This document shows positions 1 through 10,433 of a DNA stretch of 64,000 nucleotides, in pieces. Location of the stretch: contig DASPLQ010000012.1 in assembly GCA_035627515.1 (NCBI GenBank), positions 1,199,705 through 1,263,704 of the forward strand, written 5' to 3'. The translations under genes and the position numbers were made by a program. The notes below the pieces were generated by a model. That model saw nothing but the letters and a program-made list of their open reading frames with translations. It searched no databases and was not told the DNA's origin. Positions within the stretch are counted from its first letter, which is position 1. Each line of letters begins with the position of its first letter. The DNA is from Vitreimonas sp. GTDB taxonomy: Bacteria; Patescibacteriota; Microgenomatia; UBA1400; PJMF01.

Positions 1-783
1 TACTTTTTAGATCAAGGTAAAGATGTATTAGTCATCTATGATGACCTGAGTAAACACGCTCAAGCCTACCGGGAAATTTCCTTGCTGCTCCGCCGTCCTT
101 CAGGCCGCGAAGCCTACCCTGGTGACGTCTTTTACTTGCACTCACGCTTATTGGAACGCGCAGCTCGCTTAAACGAAAAATATGGTGGTGGTTCCATTAC
201 CGCGTTACCGATCATTGAAACTCAAGCTAATGACGTCTCGGCTTATATTCCTACCAACGTGATTTCTATCACTGATGGTCAAATTTACTTAGAAACTGAC
301 TTATTTAATGCCGGTATGAAGCCTGCTATCAACGTGGGTCTCTCAGTATCTCGGGTCGGTTCTGCTGCACAAACCAAAGCCATGAAGCAAGTTGCTGGTA
401 CCATGAAGCTCGACTTGGCTCAGTTCCGCGAACTCCAAGCTTTTGCCCAATTCAGTTCTGATTTAGACGACAAAACTAAAGCTCAACTCGACCGCGGTGT
501 CCGCGTCAATGCTGTCTTAAAACAAGGTTGGGATACGCCATTGAAAGTCGAAGAGCAAGTCGTGATTATCTTTGCTGCGGTTAATGGTTACTTAGATGGT
601 ATCAAAGTAGAGAAGATTCAAGACTGGGAAAAACAATACTTAGAATATATCCACACTGCTCACAGCGCTATTTTAGACTCAATTGCTCAAGAGAAGAAAA
701 TTACTGATCAAGCAATTGCTGATCTTAAAGAAGCCATTAGCAGTTTCAATAGTATTCATTCAGAATTTCAAGTTGAAGCATAA
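1..783 (+). CDS. atpA: F0F1 ATP synthase subunit alpha, C-terminal part (5' end cut by the window edge)
   Basis: Frame continues from position 1. The translation ...[42 protein letters not shown] is a conserved alpha-subunit motif. atpG, atpD and atpC follow. Confidence 0.9.
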   Translation, partial: YFLDQGKDVLVIYDDLSKHAQAYREISLLLRRPSGREAYPGDVFYLHSRLLERAARLNEKYGGGSITALPIIETQANDVSAYIPTNVISITDGQIYLETDLFNAGMKPAINVGLSVSRVGSAAQTKAMKQVAGTMKLDLAQFRELQAFAQFSSDLDDKTKAQLDRGVRVNAVLKQGWDTPLKVEEQVVIIFAAVNGYLDGIKVEKIQDWEKQYLEYIHTAHSAILDSIAQEKKITDQAIADLKEAISSFNSIHSEFQVEA

Positions 784-790
784 CTAACGC

Positions 791-1660
791 ATGGCAAACA
801 CTCGTCAAATCAAACGCCGCATTACAGCTTCACAAAACATCTCTAAGATTACTAAAGCAATGGAGATGGTGGCTGCCAGTAAGATGCGCCGGGCTCAAGA
901 ACAAGCTACGGCAACGCGTCCTTATTCGCGTGCTTTGCAAGCCTCGCTTTCCAAACTTGGTCAATTTTCAGATTCCAGTTTACATCCTTTGTTAGCTCAC
1001 CACGAAACGGGCGCGAACGCTATTTTGTTGCTCTCGACTGATAAGGGCTTGTGCGGTTCATTAAACCCCACCCTGTTCAAAGCAACACTTCAAGCTTATC
1101 GCCAATTTGAGCAACCAAAGCTGATTGCGGTTGGTAAAAAAGCCATTGCTTTTGCTCGGATTTTTGGCTTAGAGTTACACGCTCAGTTCAGCAACGTCCC
1201 TGAAAGGCTCACTAATGCTGACACCATTGCCATCAGTACTTTGATTATGGATGGCTTTTTAAGTCATGAATTCAAGACAGTACACATTGTGTACATGGAC
1301 TTTATTAATACCTTATCTCAAAAAGTTCGTCTGGTGCAATTATTACCATTGACCCAAGATGTTCAAGCAGATGAAGCGTTAGTCAGTCCTGAACTAAAAG
1401 CAGAGTATGCTTTCGAACCCTCGCCGCGAGAAATTTTATCCCAACTGTTGCCTTATTACTTAGAAAACTCTGTTTATCAAGCCTTTTTAGAAGGTAAAGC
1501 TAGTGAACACAGTGCCCGGATGGTCGCCATGAAAAATGCTAGTGAGAATGCTGCTGAATTGGTCAGTGAACTCAAACTCGAATTTAACAAATCTCGTCAA
1601 GCCAGTATTACTAATGAGTTACTCGACATTACCGTCGCAGCCATGACGTTGAAAAAGTAA
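791..1660 (+). CDS. atpG: F0F1 ATP synthase subunit gamma
   Basis: 289 aa, N-terminus MANTRQIKRRITASQNISKITKAMEMVAASKMRRAQ is gamma-like. Sits between atpA and atpD. Confidence 0.9.
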   Translation: MANTRQIKRRITASQNISKITKAMEMVAASKMRRAQEQATATRPYSRALQASLSKLGQFSDSSLHPLLAHHETGANAILLLSTDKGLCGSLNPTLFKATLQAYRQFEQPKLIAVGKKAIAFARIFGLELHAQFSNVPERLTNADTIAISTLIMDGFLSHEFKTVHIVYMDFINTLSQKVRLVQLLPLTQDVQADEALVSPELKAEYAFEPSPREILSQLLPYYLENSVYQAFLEGKASEHSARMVAMKNASENAAELVSELKLEFNKSRQASITNELLDITVAAMTLKK

Positions 1661-3064
<1,404 letters not shown>

Positions 3065-3147
3065 TAGTAACTAAGTAATTGGAGTAATTAAGTAATCTAT
3101 AGTTAAAGCCATTTACTCAGTTACTTAATTACTTAACGACTCAATCT

Positions 3148-3588
3148 ATGTCCGACAAACCTAAACTAACACTCTCTGTCGTTTCCCAAGATAAAAAACT
3201 CTTGGAAATGACCGTCGATTCCGTCAGTTTGCCCACCAGCGAGGGTGAAATTACGGTCTTGCCGGGGCATATTCCGTTGTTTACGCTGCTCACCACTGGG
3301 GAAGTGATTTATAAGCACGATAAAGATGAGTCAAGTTTAGTGGTCACTCGCGGCTTTGCAGATATTACCCCTGATAACCAATTATTGGTGATGGTAGACA
3401 CTGCTGTCCATGCTCGTGATTTGAGTGAAGAAAAAGCTCATGAGGCTGTGAAAAAAGCCCAAGAAACGTTAGCTCACATGACAGCTGCCCCTCCCAATGA
3501 AAAAGAGCTCCAAATGGCGGAAGCTTCGCTGAGACTGGCTCTGCTGCAATTAAGAGTCGCCCAGAGGACCAAGAGAACAACATTATAA
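3148..3588 (+). CDS. atpC: F0F1 ATP synthase subunit epsilon
   Basis: 146 aa. N-terminal beta-sandwich-like sequence (LTLSVVSQDKKLLEMTVDSVSLPTSEGEITVLPGHIP) with a C-terminal helical part. Operon position fits. Confidence 0.85.
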   Translation: MSDKPKLTLSVVSQDKKLLEMTVDSVSLPTSEGEITVLPGHIPLFTLLTTGEVIYKHDKDESSLVVTRGFADITPDNQLLVMVDTAVHARDLSEEKAHEAVKKAQETLAHMTAAPPNEKELQMAEASLRLALLQLRVAQRTKRTTL

Positions 3589-3652
3589 GTCATTTCTGCC
3601 TGAGAACCTGTTCTTGTCCATATTAGAAAATCCCCTATACTAGACCGGTATT

Positions 3653-4138
3653 ATGAACGACACACTTAATCATAAAGCTATTCAGTTAACTGCCGAAGGG
3701 TTGGAAGAGCTCCAAAAAGAGCTTAAAGAACTCGTCGAGGTCAAACTACCCGAAGCCGTCGCTCGTGTAGCTAAGGCTCGTGAATATGGTGATTTGTCCG
3801 AAAATGCCGAGTACCACAGTGCCCGAGAAGACCAACAATTGTTGGAAGCTCGGATCTCTGAGATTGAAGATGTACTCAGTCGTGCGCAAGTGGTTAAACA
3901 AACCAAGAGTCACACTGCAGTAGGCATGGGCTCACAGGTCACAGTCTGTATGTCTGGTAAAAAAGCTAAGCAAATGGTCATTACTATTGTTGGTGAGTTT
4001 GAAGCCGATCCCACTGCCGGCAAAATTTCTAGCGTCTCTCCCTTAGGTAAAGCCTTAATGAGTAAGAAAAAAGGTGACAAAGTCAAAGTCAAAGCTCCCG
4101 CGGGGGAAGTTGAGTACGAAATTTTAGAAATAAAATAA
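3653..4138 (+). CDS. greA: transcription elongation factor GreA
   Basis: 161 aa. Coiled-coil N-terminus with the conserved acidic tip (AREYGDLSENAEYHSA). Confidence 0.9.
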   Translation: MNDTLNHKAIQLTAEGLEELQKELKELVEVKLPEAVARVAKAREYGDLSENAEYHSAREDQQLLEARISEIEDVLSRAQVVKQTKSHTAVGMGSQVTVCMSGKKAKQMVITIVGEFEADPTAGKISSVSPLGKALMSKKKGDKVKVKAPAGEVEYEILEIK

Positions 4139-4153
4139 CAAATCGCACTTACA

Positions 4154-4186
4154 CACCCCCCCCAAGCTGAGCTGGGGGGGTTTTTA
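4154..4186 (+). terminator. rho-independent terminator after greA
   Basis: CCCCCCCC-AAGCTGAGCT-GGGGGGGG stem-loop followed by TTTTT. Confidence 0.8.
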
Positions 4187-4225
4187 GTTTTAATCAAGTA
4201 CATTACAATACAGAAAGCAAATATT

Positions 4226-6619
4226 ATGACAAATCAATCTTCTTCACCTGTTCTTCAAGCTCCTCATTGGGTCGATAATGTAGTGGAAAATATCTTAAGT
4301 TGGCAAAAAACTAACCAAGTTGCCAAGCTCCACGTCGACGACATGAAAACTCCTTCTGGCAGGGTGCATACTGGCGCACTGCGCGGAGTCGTCCTTCATG
4401 ATTTAGTTGCCAAAGCCTTAGCAAACAAAGCTCAAGGCGTGGTCAGTACCTATGTCTTTAATGATATGGACGTGATGGATGGTTTACCAACATATTTAAA
4501 TAAAGATATTTATGAACAGCACATGGGCAAACCGCTCTATAAAATTCCCGTGCCAGCTTTAGAAGAGTGTGGCATCGATTTGAGCACGGCTTCAGCTGAA
4601 GAAATTGCCGAGCTGCGATCGGCTAAAAATTTTGCTGAGTTATATGCTATGGATTTTGTGCATGCTTTTAGACGCTTGGGCTGCTCACAACGGCTGGTGT
4701 GGAGTCATGAGTTATATGAAGCGGGTGAAATGGATGAACAGATTCGGACAGCTTTAAACAGTGTGGAAATTGCCCGTAAGATTTATCAAGAAGTAGCTGA
4801 CTACAAATTACCTGAAAAATGGTATCCCTTTCAAGTCATTTGTGAGAACTGTGGCAAGATGGGCACCACTCTGGTCACCGACTGGGATGGCGAACAAGTA
4901 ACCTATGAATGCCAACCAGCTAAGGTCACCTGGGCAGTTGGTTGCGGACATACTAGTAAAACCTTACCTTTTGGGGGTAAGGGCAAGTTACTATGGAAAA
5001 TGGACTGGCCAGCTCACTGGACGAAACTTGGTATTACGATTGAGGGTGCGGGTAAAGATCATACTTCGGCAGGTGGCTCGCGTGATATGGCTAATGCTAT
5101 TGTCACACAAATCTTTGATCAGATAGTCCCCTTCGATATTCCTTACGAGTGGATTTTGATCCGTGGCGCTAAAATGAGCTCAAGTAAAGGCGTCGGCACA
5201 TCTGCCCGAGAGTTTGTGGAACTTTTTCCGCCCCAAATTGGCCGCTTCTTATTTGTGAATAAAGATTATAACCAGGTCATAGATTTTGATCCTAAAACCA
5301 TGGCTATTCCAGATCTTTACGATGCCTATGATGCTGGCGCGCGTATCTTCTGGAAACAAGAAGAAGGCGATCAGCGCTTAGCTCGATCTTTTGAGTTGTC
5401 ACAATTAGAGACACTCCCAGAACCACATTTCTTGCCGCGCTTTAGAGACGTAGCAGTGTGGATGCAACACCCTGAAATTGAGCTCGAAACAAAGTGTGCA
5501 GAAATAAAGGGTAGTCCTTTGAATCAATTAGAAAAAGCGGTCTTAAAAGAGCGCATTCAATACGCTAAAGTGTGGTTGAGCCGCTACGCTCCAGAAGAAT
5601 ACCAACTAACGCCATCTGCAGCAGTTCCTGCCGCGGCTAGTTCTCTGACTCAAGAGCAGAGACTTTATTTAAGTGAAGCGGAGAGATTAATTACTTCCCA
5701 AGCTTGGCAACCTCAAGATTTGCAGCAAGCTTTGTTTGAGTTGGCAAAAAGCTCCTTGGGAGCTCGGCCCGCTTTTGAAGCAATTTACTTAGCCTTTTTA
5801 GGCAAAAAAGCAGGACCTAGAGCAGCCTGGTTTTTATTAGCCATGGATCCCGAGTTTCGTAAACAGCGCATTGAACTCCTGAGTGGAAACCAACCTATTC
5901 AAACACAATTCAAGTTTCCGACTTTGAATAACTCTGCACACTTCAGCTTTCACCCCGACTTCGCTGCCAAATATCCCACTGCAAGTGTCGGCATTGCCAT
6001 TATTCGGGGCGTAACTATTACTAAGAGTTTACCGGAACTTGAACAACACAAGGCTGAATTTATTCAAGAAATCAGTGGCTTAACCACTGACGCAATTAAT
6101 CAATATCCTGAAATTCAGGCTTATCGTCGCATGTACAAGTCAATGGGCATTGATTGGCACTCCCGTCGTCCTAGTCCTGAAGCATTACTGAGACGCGTTA
6201 CCCAGGGAAAGGGACTCTACACGGTCAACACCTGTGTTGATGCCTACAATTTAGTGGTCATGAAACATCGAATTTCAGTTGGTGCGTTTGATTTGAGTCA
6301 AGTTCAGTTTCCCACACAATTAAGAATTGCAGAAGGTGGTGAACAAATCTTATTACTCGGTGACACAGAATCAACTACTCTTAAAACTGGTGAAGTAAGT
6401 TACTTCGACCAACAAGGACCTTATAACCTCGACTATAACTACCGTGATGCTCAGCGAACCATGGTGACAGAAAAAACAACTGATTTATTAATTAACATTG
6501 ATGGTATTGATGAAGCCGATCGGAGTAGAGTGGAAGAGAGTTTAGCTGAAACTATAGAAATTATTCAGCGCTACTGTGGTGGTGAAGTAGAAATGGCCGG
6601 CATCGTCACCGCAGACTAA
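4226..6619 (+). CDS. lysS: lysine--tRNA ligase, class I type, with about 240-aa C-terminal B3/4-like (PheT-type tRNA-binding/editing fold) extension
   Basis: 797 aa. Class-I LysRS signatures PSGRVHTGALRG and KMSSSKG. Residues from about 560 onward resemble the B3/4 domain (NTCVDAYNLVVMKHRISVGAFDLSQV). Confidence 0.8.
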   Translation: MTNQSSSPVLQAPHWVDNVVENILSWQKTNQVAKLHVDDMKTPSGRVHTGALRGVVLHDLVAKALANKAQGVVSTYVFNDMDVMDGLPTYLNKDIYEQHMGKPLYKIPVPALEECGIDLSTASAEEIAELRSAKNFAELYAMDFVHAFRRLGCSQRLVWSHELYEAGEMDEQIRTALNSVEIARKIYQEVADYKLPEKWYPFQVICENCGKMGTTLVTDWDGEQVTYECQPAKVTWAVGCGHTSKTLPFGGKGKLLWKMDWPAHWTKLGITIEGAGKDHTSAGGSRDMANAIVTQIFDQIVPFDIPYEWILIRGAKMSSSKGVGTSAREFVELFPPQIGRFLFVNKDYNQVIDFDPKTMAIPDLYDAYDAGARIFWKQEEGDQRLARSFELSQLETLPEPHFLPRFRDVAVWMQHPEIELETKCAEIKGSPLNQLEKAVLKERIQYAKVWLSRYAPEEYQLTPSAAVPAAASSLTQEQRLYLSEAERLITSQAWQPQDLQQALFELAKSSLGARPAFEAIYLAFLGKKAGPRAAWFLLAMDPEFRKQRIELLSGNQPIQTQFKFPTLNNSAHFSFHPDFAAKYPTASVGIAIIRGVTITKSLPELEQHKAEFIQEISGLTTDAINQYPEIQAYRRMYKSMGIDWHSRRPSPEALLRRVTQGKGLYTVNTCVDAYNLVVMKHRISVGAFDLSQVQFPTQLRIAEGGEQILLLGDTESTTLKTGEVSYFDQQGPYNLDYNYRDAQRTMVTEKTTDLLINIDGIDEADRSRVEESLAETIEIIQRYCGGEVEMAGIVTAD

Positions 6620-6628
6620 AGGATAACA

Positions 6629-7168
6629 ATGTCAACAATACCAACTCGTCAACAATCACAACAACTTTTAGATAAGTACATTAAAAATGATGCCCTCAAA
6701 CATCACTGCCAGATGGTGGCTCAAGCCATGGAAGCGTATGCGCAAGAGTTAGATCAAGATTCAGAACTCTGGTATCAAGCAGGCTTGCTTCATGATTTGG
6801 ATTGGGAAATGTATCCCGATGAGCATCCTAACCGAGCTATCAATGAGATTTTGATTGATTATCCTCAGGAACTCAAAGCTGCCATTGCCGCTCATGCCCC
6901 AGATAGAACCGGCAAACATCCTGAAACTTTGATTGAAAAATATCTTTTTGCTTGTGATGAAATTTCAGGTTTTATGCACGCGGTGTCACTGATGAGGCCC
7001 ACACGGTTTGAAGGCATGGAACCTAAATCGATCAAAAAGAAACTCAAAGACAAAGCTTTTGCAGCTAATGTCAGCCGTGATGATATAGAAGATGGCCTGA
7101 CTTTAATTGGCAAAAGTGCTGATGAACATTTTAGTTTTTTGATTAAGGTGTTTAGTTCACCAGCCTAA
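6629..7168 (+). CDS. HD-domain phosphohydrolase family protein
   Basis: 179 aa with H...HD motif (LLHDLDWE) and conserved downstream His/Asp residues. Confidence 0.6.
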   Translation: MSTIPTRQQSQQLLDKYIKNDALKHHCQMVAQAMEAYAQELDQDSELWYQAGLLHDLDWEMYPDEHPNRAINEILIDYPQELKAAIAAHAPDRTGKHPETLIEKYLFACDEISGFMHAVSLMRPTRFEGMEPKSIKKKLKDKAFAANVSRDDIEDGLTLIGKSADEHFSFLIKVFSSPA

Positions 7169-7260
7169 CATTTCTTTATTATTTCTTACCTTCTCCTCAC
7201 TCAAGCTTGATAAAAAATCTTTAGCTTGAAGTTTGTTATAAAAATGAAAAGGAGAATAGT

Positions 7261-7800
7261 ATGAGAAAAATGATTATTAGTTGTCTGATGCTGCTATTTG
7301 CGTTTGTAGTATCGGGCTCGTTTAATCAAGTTGAAGCTGCTGGCAACAGTTACAAAGGTAGTACTACCTATAAAAAAACTACTAAAGTAGCCCAAGCCAA
7401 ACGCTACACCAAAAAAGTCTCCTACAAAGCTCCTCGCAAAACAGCATATAAAGCTACCAAAGTCAGCGCAGCTGGTAAAAAAGCCCCTTATCACGCCCAT
7501 ATTCCCAGTGTCACTTATCGACATGTATCGATGAATAAACATATGCAAATTACGGCGGGTACCGATGGAAAAGTCTTGCTGACTTGGGATGATCGCGGTG
7601 GCACCTGTCATTTTGCCTATGGAACAGGTGGGGCAATGCAACATTCAACCTCAGCTGGGTGTGACGAAGCTCGCCATGTCATTGGCGGACTCCAACCTGG
7701 GGTCACCTATCACTTCAGCTTAACTCAAAATAGAGAACACTGGACACCAGCGGTCGCTGCGACTGCGACTAGTGGTCACATCGCTCAAATTCACATGTAG
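7261..7800 (+). CDS. secreted hypothetical protein, Lys/Tyr-rich repeats plus Ig/FN3-like C-terminal domain
   Basis: Signal peptide MRKMIISCLMLLFAFVVSGSFNQVEA. Repeated (S/T)YK(K/A) units. Strong RBS AAAGGAGAA upstream. Confidence 0.5.
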   Translation: MRKMIISCLMLLFAFVVSGSFNQVEAAGNSYKGSTTYKKTTKVAQAKRYTKKVSYKAPRKTAYKATKVSAAGKKAPYHAHIPSVTYRHVSMNKHMQITAGTDGKVLLTWDDRGGTCHFAYGTGGAMQHSTSAGCDEARHVIGGLQPGVTYHFSLTQNREHWTPAVAATATSGHIAQIHM

Positions 7801-7869
7801 TCACCGGGTAGATAGTAACTGCAGGCTCTCACCACGAGGTGGGAGCTTGTGGTTTATGACTATGGTATA

Positions 7870-8060
7870 CTGCATATAGACTAAAAAAGCGCTGGTGATT
7901 AGCACTCGCCATCTCAATACCATTGAGCGCTGATGGGGGAACATCCCATCCGGGTAAGCCCGTGATTGCAGGAATAAGCATATCGAGGTGGCACCGTTCC
8001 TAACCTCAGGAACCCTCTTATCTTCATCACACGTGTGGTGGGTATAAGAGGGTTTTTTTA
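7870..8060 (+). promoter_or_regulatory. putative T-box leader (tRNA-sensing attenuator) upstream of serS
   Basis: 280-nt untranslated leader. Extended -10 TGGTATACT near 7853. GAGGTGGCACCG (7985-7996) resembles the T-box core GGGTGGNACCG. Terminator CCCTCTTAT...ATAAGAGGG + T7 at 8014-8059 lies immediately before the serS RBS. Confidence 0.4.
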
Positions 8061-8080
8061 TGAGTTAACAAAGGAGACAC

Positions 8081-9349
8081 ATGCTTGATATTCAATACAT
8101 TCGCGACCATGCCGAGGAATTAAAGACCGCTATTAGTAATAAACAACTTAACCCTGAAGTGGTAGATCAGGTTTTGGCACATGATGAGCAACGCCGAGAG
8201 TTGATTGTCAAAGTAGAACACATTCGTCAGCAGATTAATGCTAATACTGAGTCCATCAAAACTTCCCCTACTCAACGGCCAACCCCTGAGCAAATTCAAT
8301 TAGGTAAGGAGCTGAAAGCTCAACTTCAAAATGTAGAACCAGAATTAAAAAGAGTAGAAGAAGCTCTTCGAGATTTGATGTCACAAGTCGCTAATCCTCC
8401 TGCTGGCGACGTACCTGTCGGCAAAGATGAGGATGACAATCAAGTCATCAAACAAGTCGGCACCTTACCAACTTTCGAGTTTGAACCCAAACCCCATCAT
8501 GAATTGATGGAAGCCTTGGACATGCTAGATACTAAACGAGCCACTCGGATTGGTGGCTTCCGAAGTTATTTCTTAAAAAATGATGGTTTACTGCTTGAAC
8601 AGGCGTTACTCCAATATGCTCTGCGATTTATGGTGGATCAGGGCTTTACGCCGATGGGTGTACCGATCATGGTCAATAAAGAAGCAATGTGGGGGACTGG
8701 GTACTTTCCTTGGGGTCAAGATGATCACTATAAAACCCAAGATGAGAGTATTTTGGCTGGCACTTCTGAAGTAGCTCTTACCGCCTATCATATGGGTGAA
8801 ACTTTGTCGGAAAAAGATCTGCCGGTTAAAATGGTGGGGATCTCACCATGCTTCCGCCGGGAGATTGGCTCATATGGTAAGGACACGCAGGGAATTATTC
8901 GTGTCCATCAGTTTAATAAGGTTGAGCAAGTAGTCTATACCATTGCCGATGAGGAAGAAACTCGTCGCTGGCACCAAACCATGGTGGGGTTTTCGGAAAA
9001 ACTCCTCACCGATTTGAAGCTCCCTTACCAAGTACTTTTGATGTGTACCGGTGATATGGGTGCCGGCCAGCGTAAAAAATATGATATCGAAACCTGGTTT
9101 CCATCACAACAAAAATACCGAGAAACGCACTCAGCCAGTTACTTCAATGACTTCCAAGCTCGTCGATTAAATATTCGTTACAAGGCTAAGGATGGGAGTA
9201 TGAAGTTTGTTTATACGTTAAATAACACGGTTGCTGCTACGCCGCGCTTGCTGGCTGCAATAATTGAAAATTATCAGCAAGCCGATGGCTCCATTCTAGT
9301 GCCGGAAGTTTTACAAGCGTATATGGGTAAGAGTGTAATTACTCGATAA
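8081..9349 (+). CDS. serS: serine--tRNA ligase
   Basis: 422 aa. Long N-terminal coiled coil. Class-II motifs (GISPCFRREIGSYGKDTQGIIRVHQFNKVE). Confidence 0.9.
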   Translation: MLDIQYIRDHAEELKTAISNKQLNPEVVDQVLAHDEQRRELIVKVEHIRQQINANTESIKTSPTQRPTPEQIQLGKELKAQLQNVEPELKRVEEALRDLMSQVANPPAGDVPVGKDEDDNQVIKQVGTLPTFEFEPKPHHELMEALDMLDTKRATRIGGFRSYFLKNDGLLLEQALLQYALRFMVDQGFTPMGVPIMVNKEAMWGTGYFPWGQDDHYKTQDESILAGTSEVALTAYHMGETLSEKDLPVKMVGISPCFRREIGSYGKDTQGIIRVHQFNKVEQVVYTIADEEETRRWHQTMVGFSEKLLTDLKLPYQVLLMCTGDMGAGQRKKYDIETWFPSQQKYRETHSASYFNDFQARRLNIRYKAKDGSMKFVYTLNNTVAATPRLLAAIIENYQQADGSILVPEVLQAYMGKSVITR

Positions 9350-9395
9350 CAGCCTGAGCGACTTGCGCTTCAAATAACAGTGTTTTGAAAAACCG

Positions 9396-10379
9396 ATGGC
9401 CATTAAAAAAAATGTTATACTTACCTATATGTCCATGAAAAACTTCATTCTCGCGGTCGTCCTGATATTAATATTGGTTCCCTTATTTGGAGCCTTGCAA
9501 CGAAAAAATCAGAAAATGCAGCTCAGCGAGGTGTCTGCGCCTGCAGTGGCACCAGCAGGCAGACCAGCCTTAGATATGTATGCCGAAGAAGATGTCGCCA
9601 ATGTCGCTAGTGATCAGGTAATGATGAAACGCACTGCAGGTGGAGCTGAAATCCTCCCTGTCCCACCTGGTATGCCAGATAATGGTGGTTTTACTCCTAC
9701 GGCAGATAGAACCATTGTTAAAAATGCTTCGCTTTCATTACTCGTTCGTGATACCCGCCAAACCGTCGAGCGCGCCCAAGCTATTGCCAAAGAAGTGAAT
9801 GGTTTTGTAACTACCTCCAATGTCTATGAAAATGAATACGATCAGGGGGTGATTCGCGCCGATATGACTCTGCGCGTGCCAGTTGAAAGATTGGAAGAAA
9901 CACTCGGCAAACTTCGAGGCCTAGCAGACAAAATCACCCACGACACTCTCTCCGCTGATGATCGGACTGAGCAAAAAGTGGATATGGAAGCCCAGCTTAC
10001 AAACTTGAAGGCTACTGAAACTCAGCTCCTCACCATCATGAAACAAGCTCAAACCGTCCAGGACACACTCAACGTCCAACGGGAATTAAGCTCAGTTCGC
10101 AATCAAATCGAGCGTCTTCAAGCACGGCTGGAAAACTTAACTGGCGATGCCGCCATGTCGACTATCCAACTGTCCATGAGCACCAAAGAATCCGATCTGC
10201 CTATTATTGATTCGTCACAACGCAGCATCTGGGAAGAAATTAAGTTATCTTTTAAAGAAGCTTTAACCCTATATCGAGAGTTGTTTATCGCTGGTTTGCG
10301 TCTAGTAATTTTAATTCTACCCGCTGCGATAGCTGCCTTAGTAGTCTGGATGCTCTTCAAAGCATTTAAGAAAAAATAA
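9396..10379 (+). CDS. DUF4349-like membrane-anchored coiled-coil protein
   Basis: 327 aa. N-terminal TM, central coiled coil (EAQLTNLKATETQLLTIMKQAQ...), C-terminal TM. Precise start uncertain (M1, M12 or M14). Confidence 0.5.
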   Translation: MAIKKNVILTYMSMKNFILAVVLILILVPLFGALQRKNQKMQLSEVSAPAVAPAGRPALDMYAEEDVANVASDQVMMKRTAGGAEILPVPPGMPDNGGFTPTADRTIVKNASLSLLVRDTRQTVERAQAIAKEVNGFVTTSNVYENEYDQGVIRADMTLRVPVERLEETLGKLRGLADKITHDTLSADDRTEQKVDMEAQLTNLKATETQLLTIMKQAQTVQDTLNVQRELSSVRNQIERLQARLENLTGDAAMSTIQLSMSTKESDLPIIDSSQRSIWEEIKLSFKEALTLYRELFIAGLRLVILILPAAIAALVVWMLFKAFKKK

Positions 10380-10433
10380 CCGCTAACTACCAGTGACTTT
10401 TTAAAGCCTATCTGCCATAATCGAGCTTCTCTT

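Noticed and set aside
82-84. Annotated 'M' start of the first ORF at 82
   Set aside because: The codon is TTG, and the alpha-subunit reading frame is open from position 1. The gene simply continues upstream of the window.
3065-3142. CRISPR-like repeat suspicion for the AGTAA/TTACT array; I also looked for CRISPR arrays elsewhere in the window
   Set aside because: The units are only 5-7 nt and arranged as an inverted, not direct, repeat within an operon spacer. I saw no regularly spaced 25-40-nt direct repeats anywhere in the window.
3365-4203. Antisense ORFs 3365-3583, 3682-3906 and 3910-4203 opposite atpC and greA
   Set aside because: They overlap confident genes in antisense with no RBS. 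3910-4203 runs through the greA terminator.
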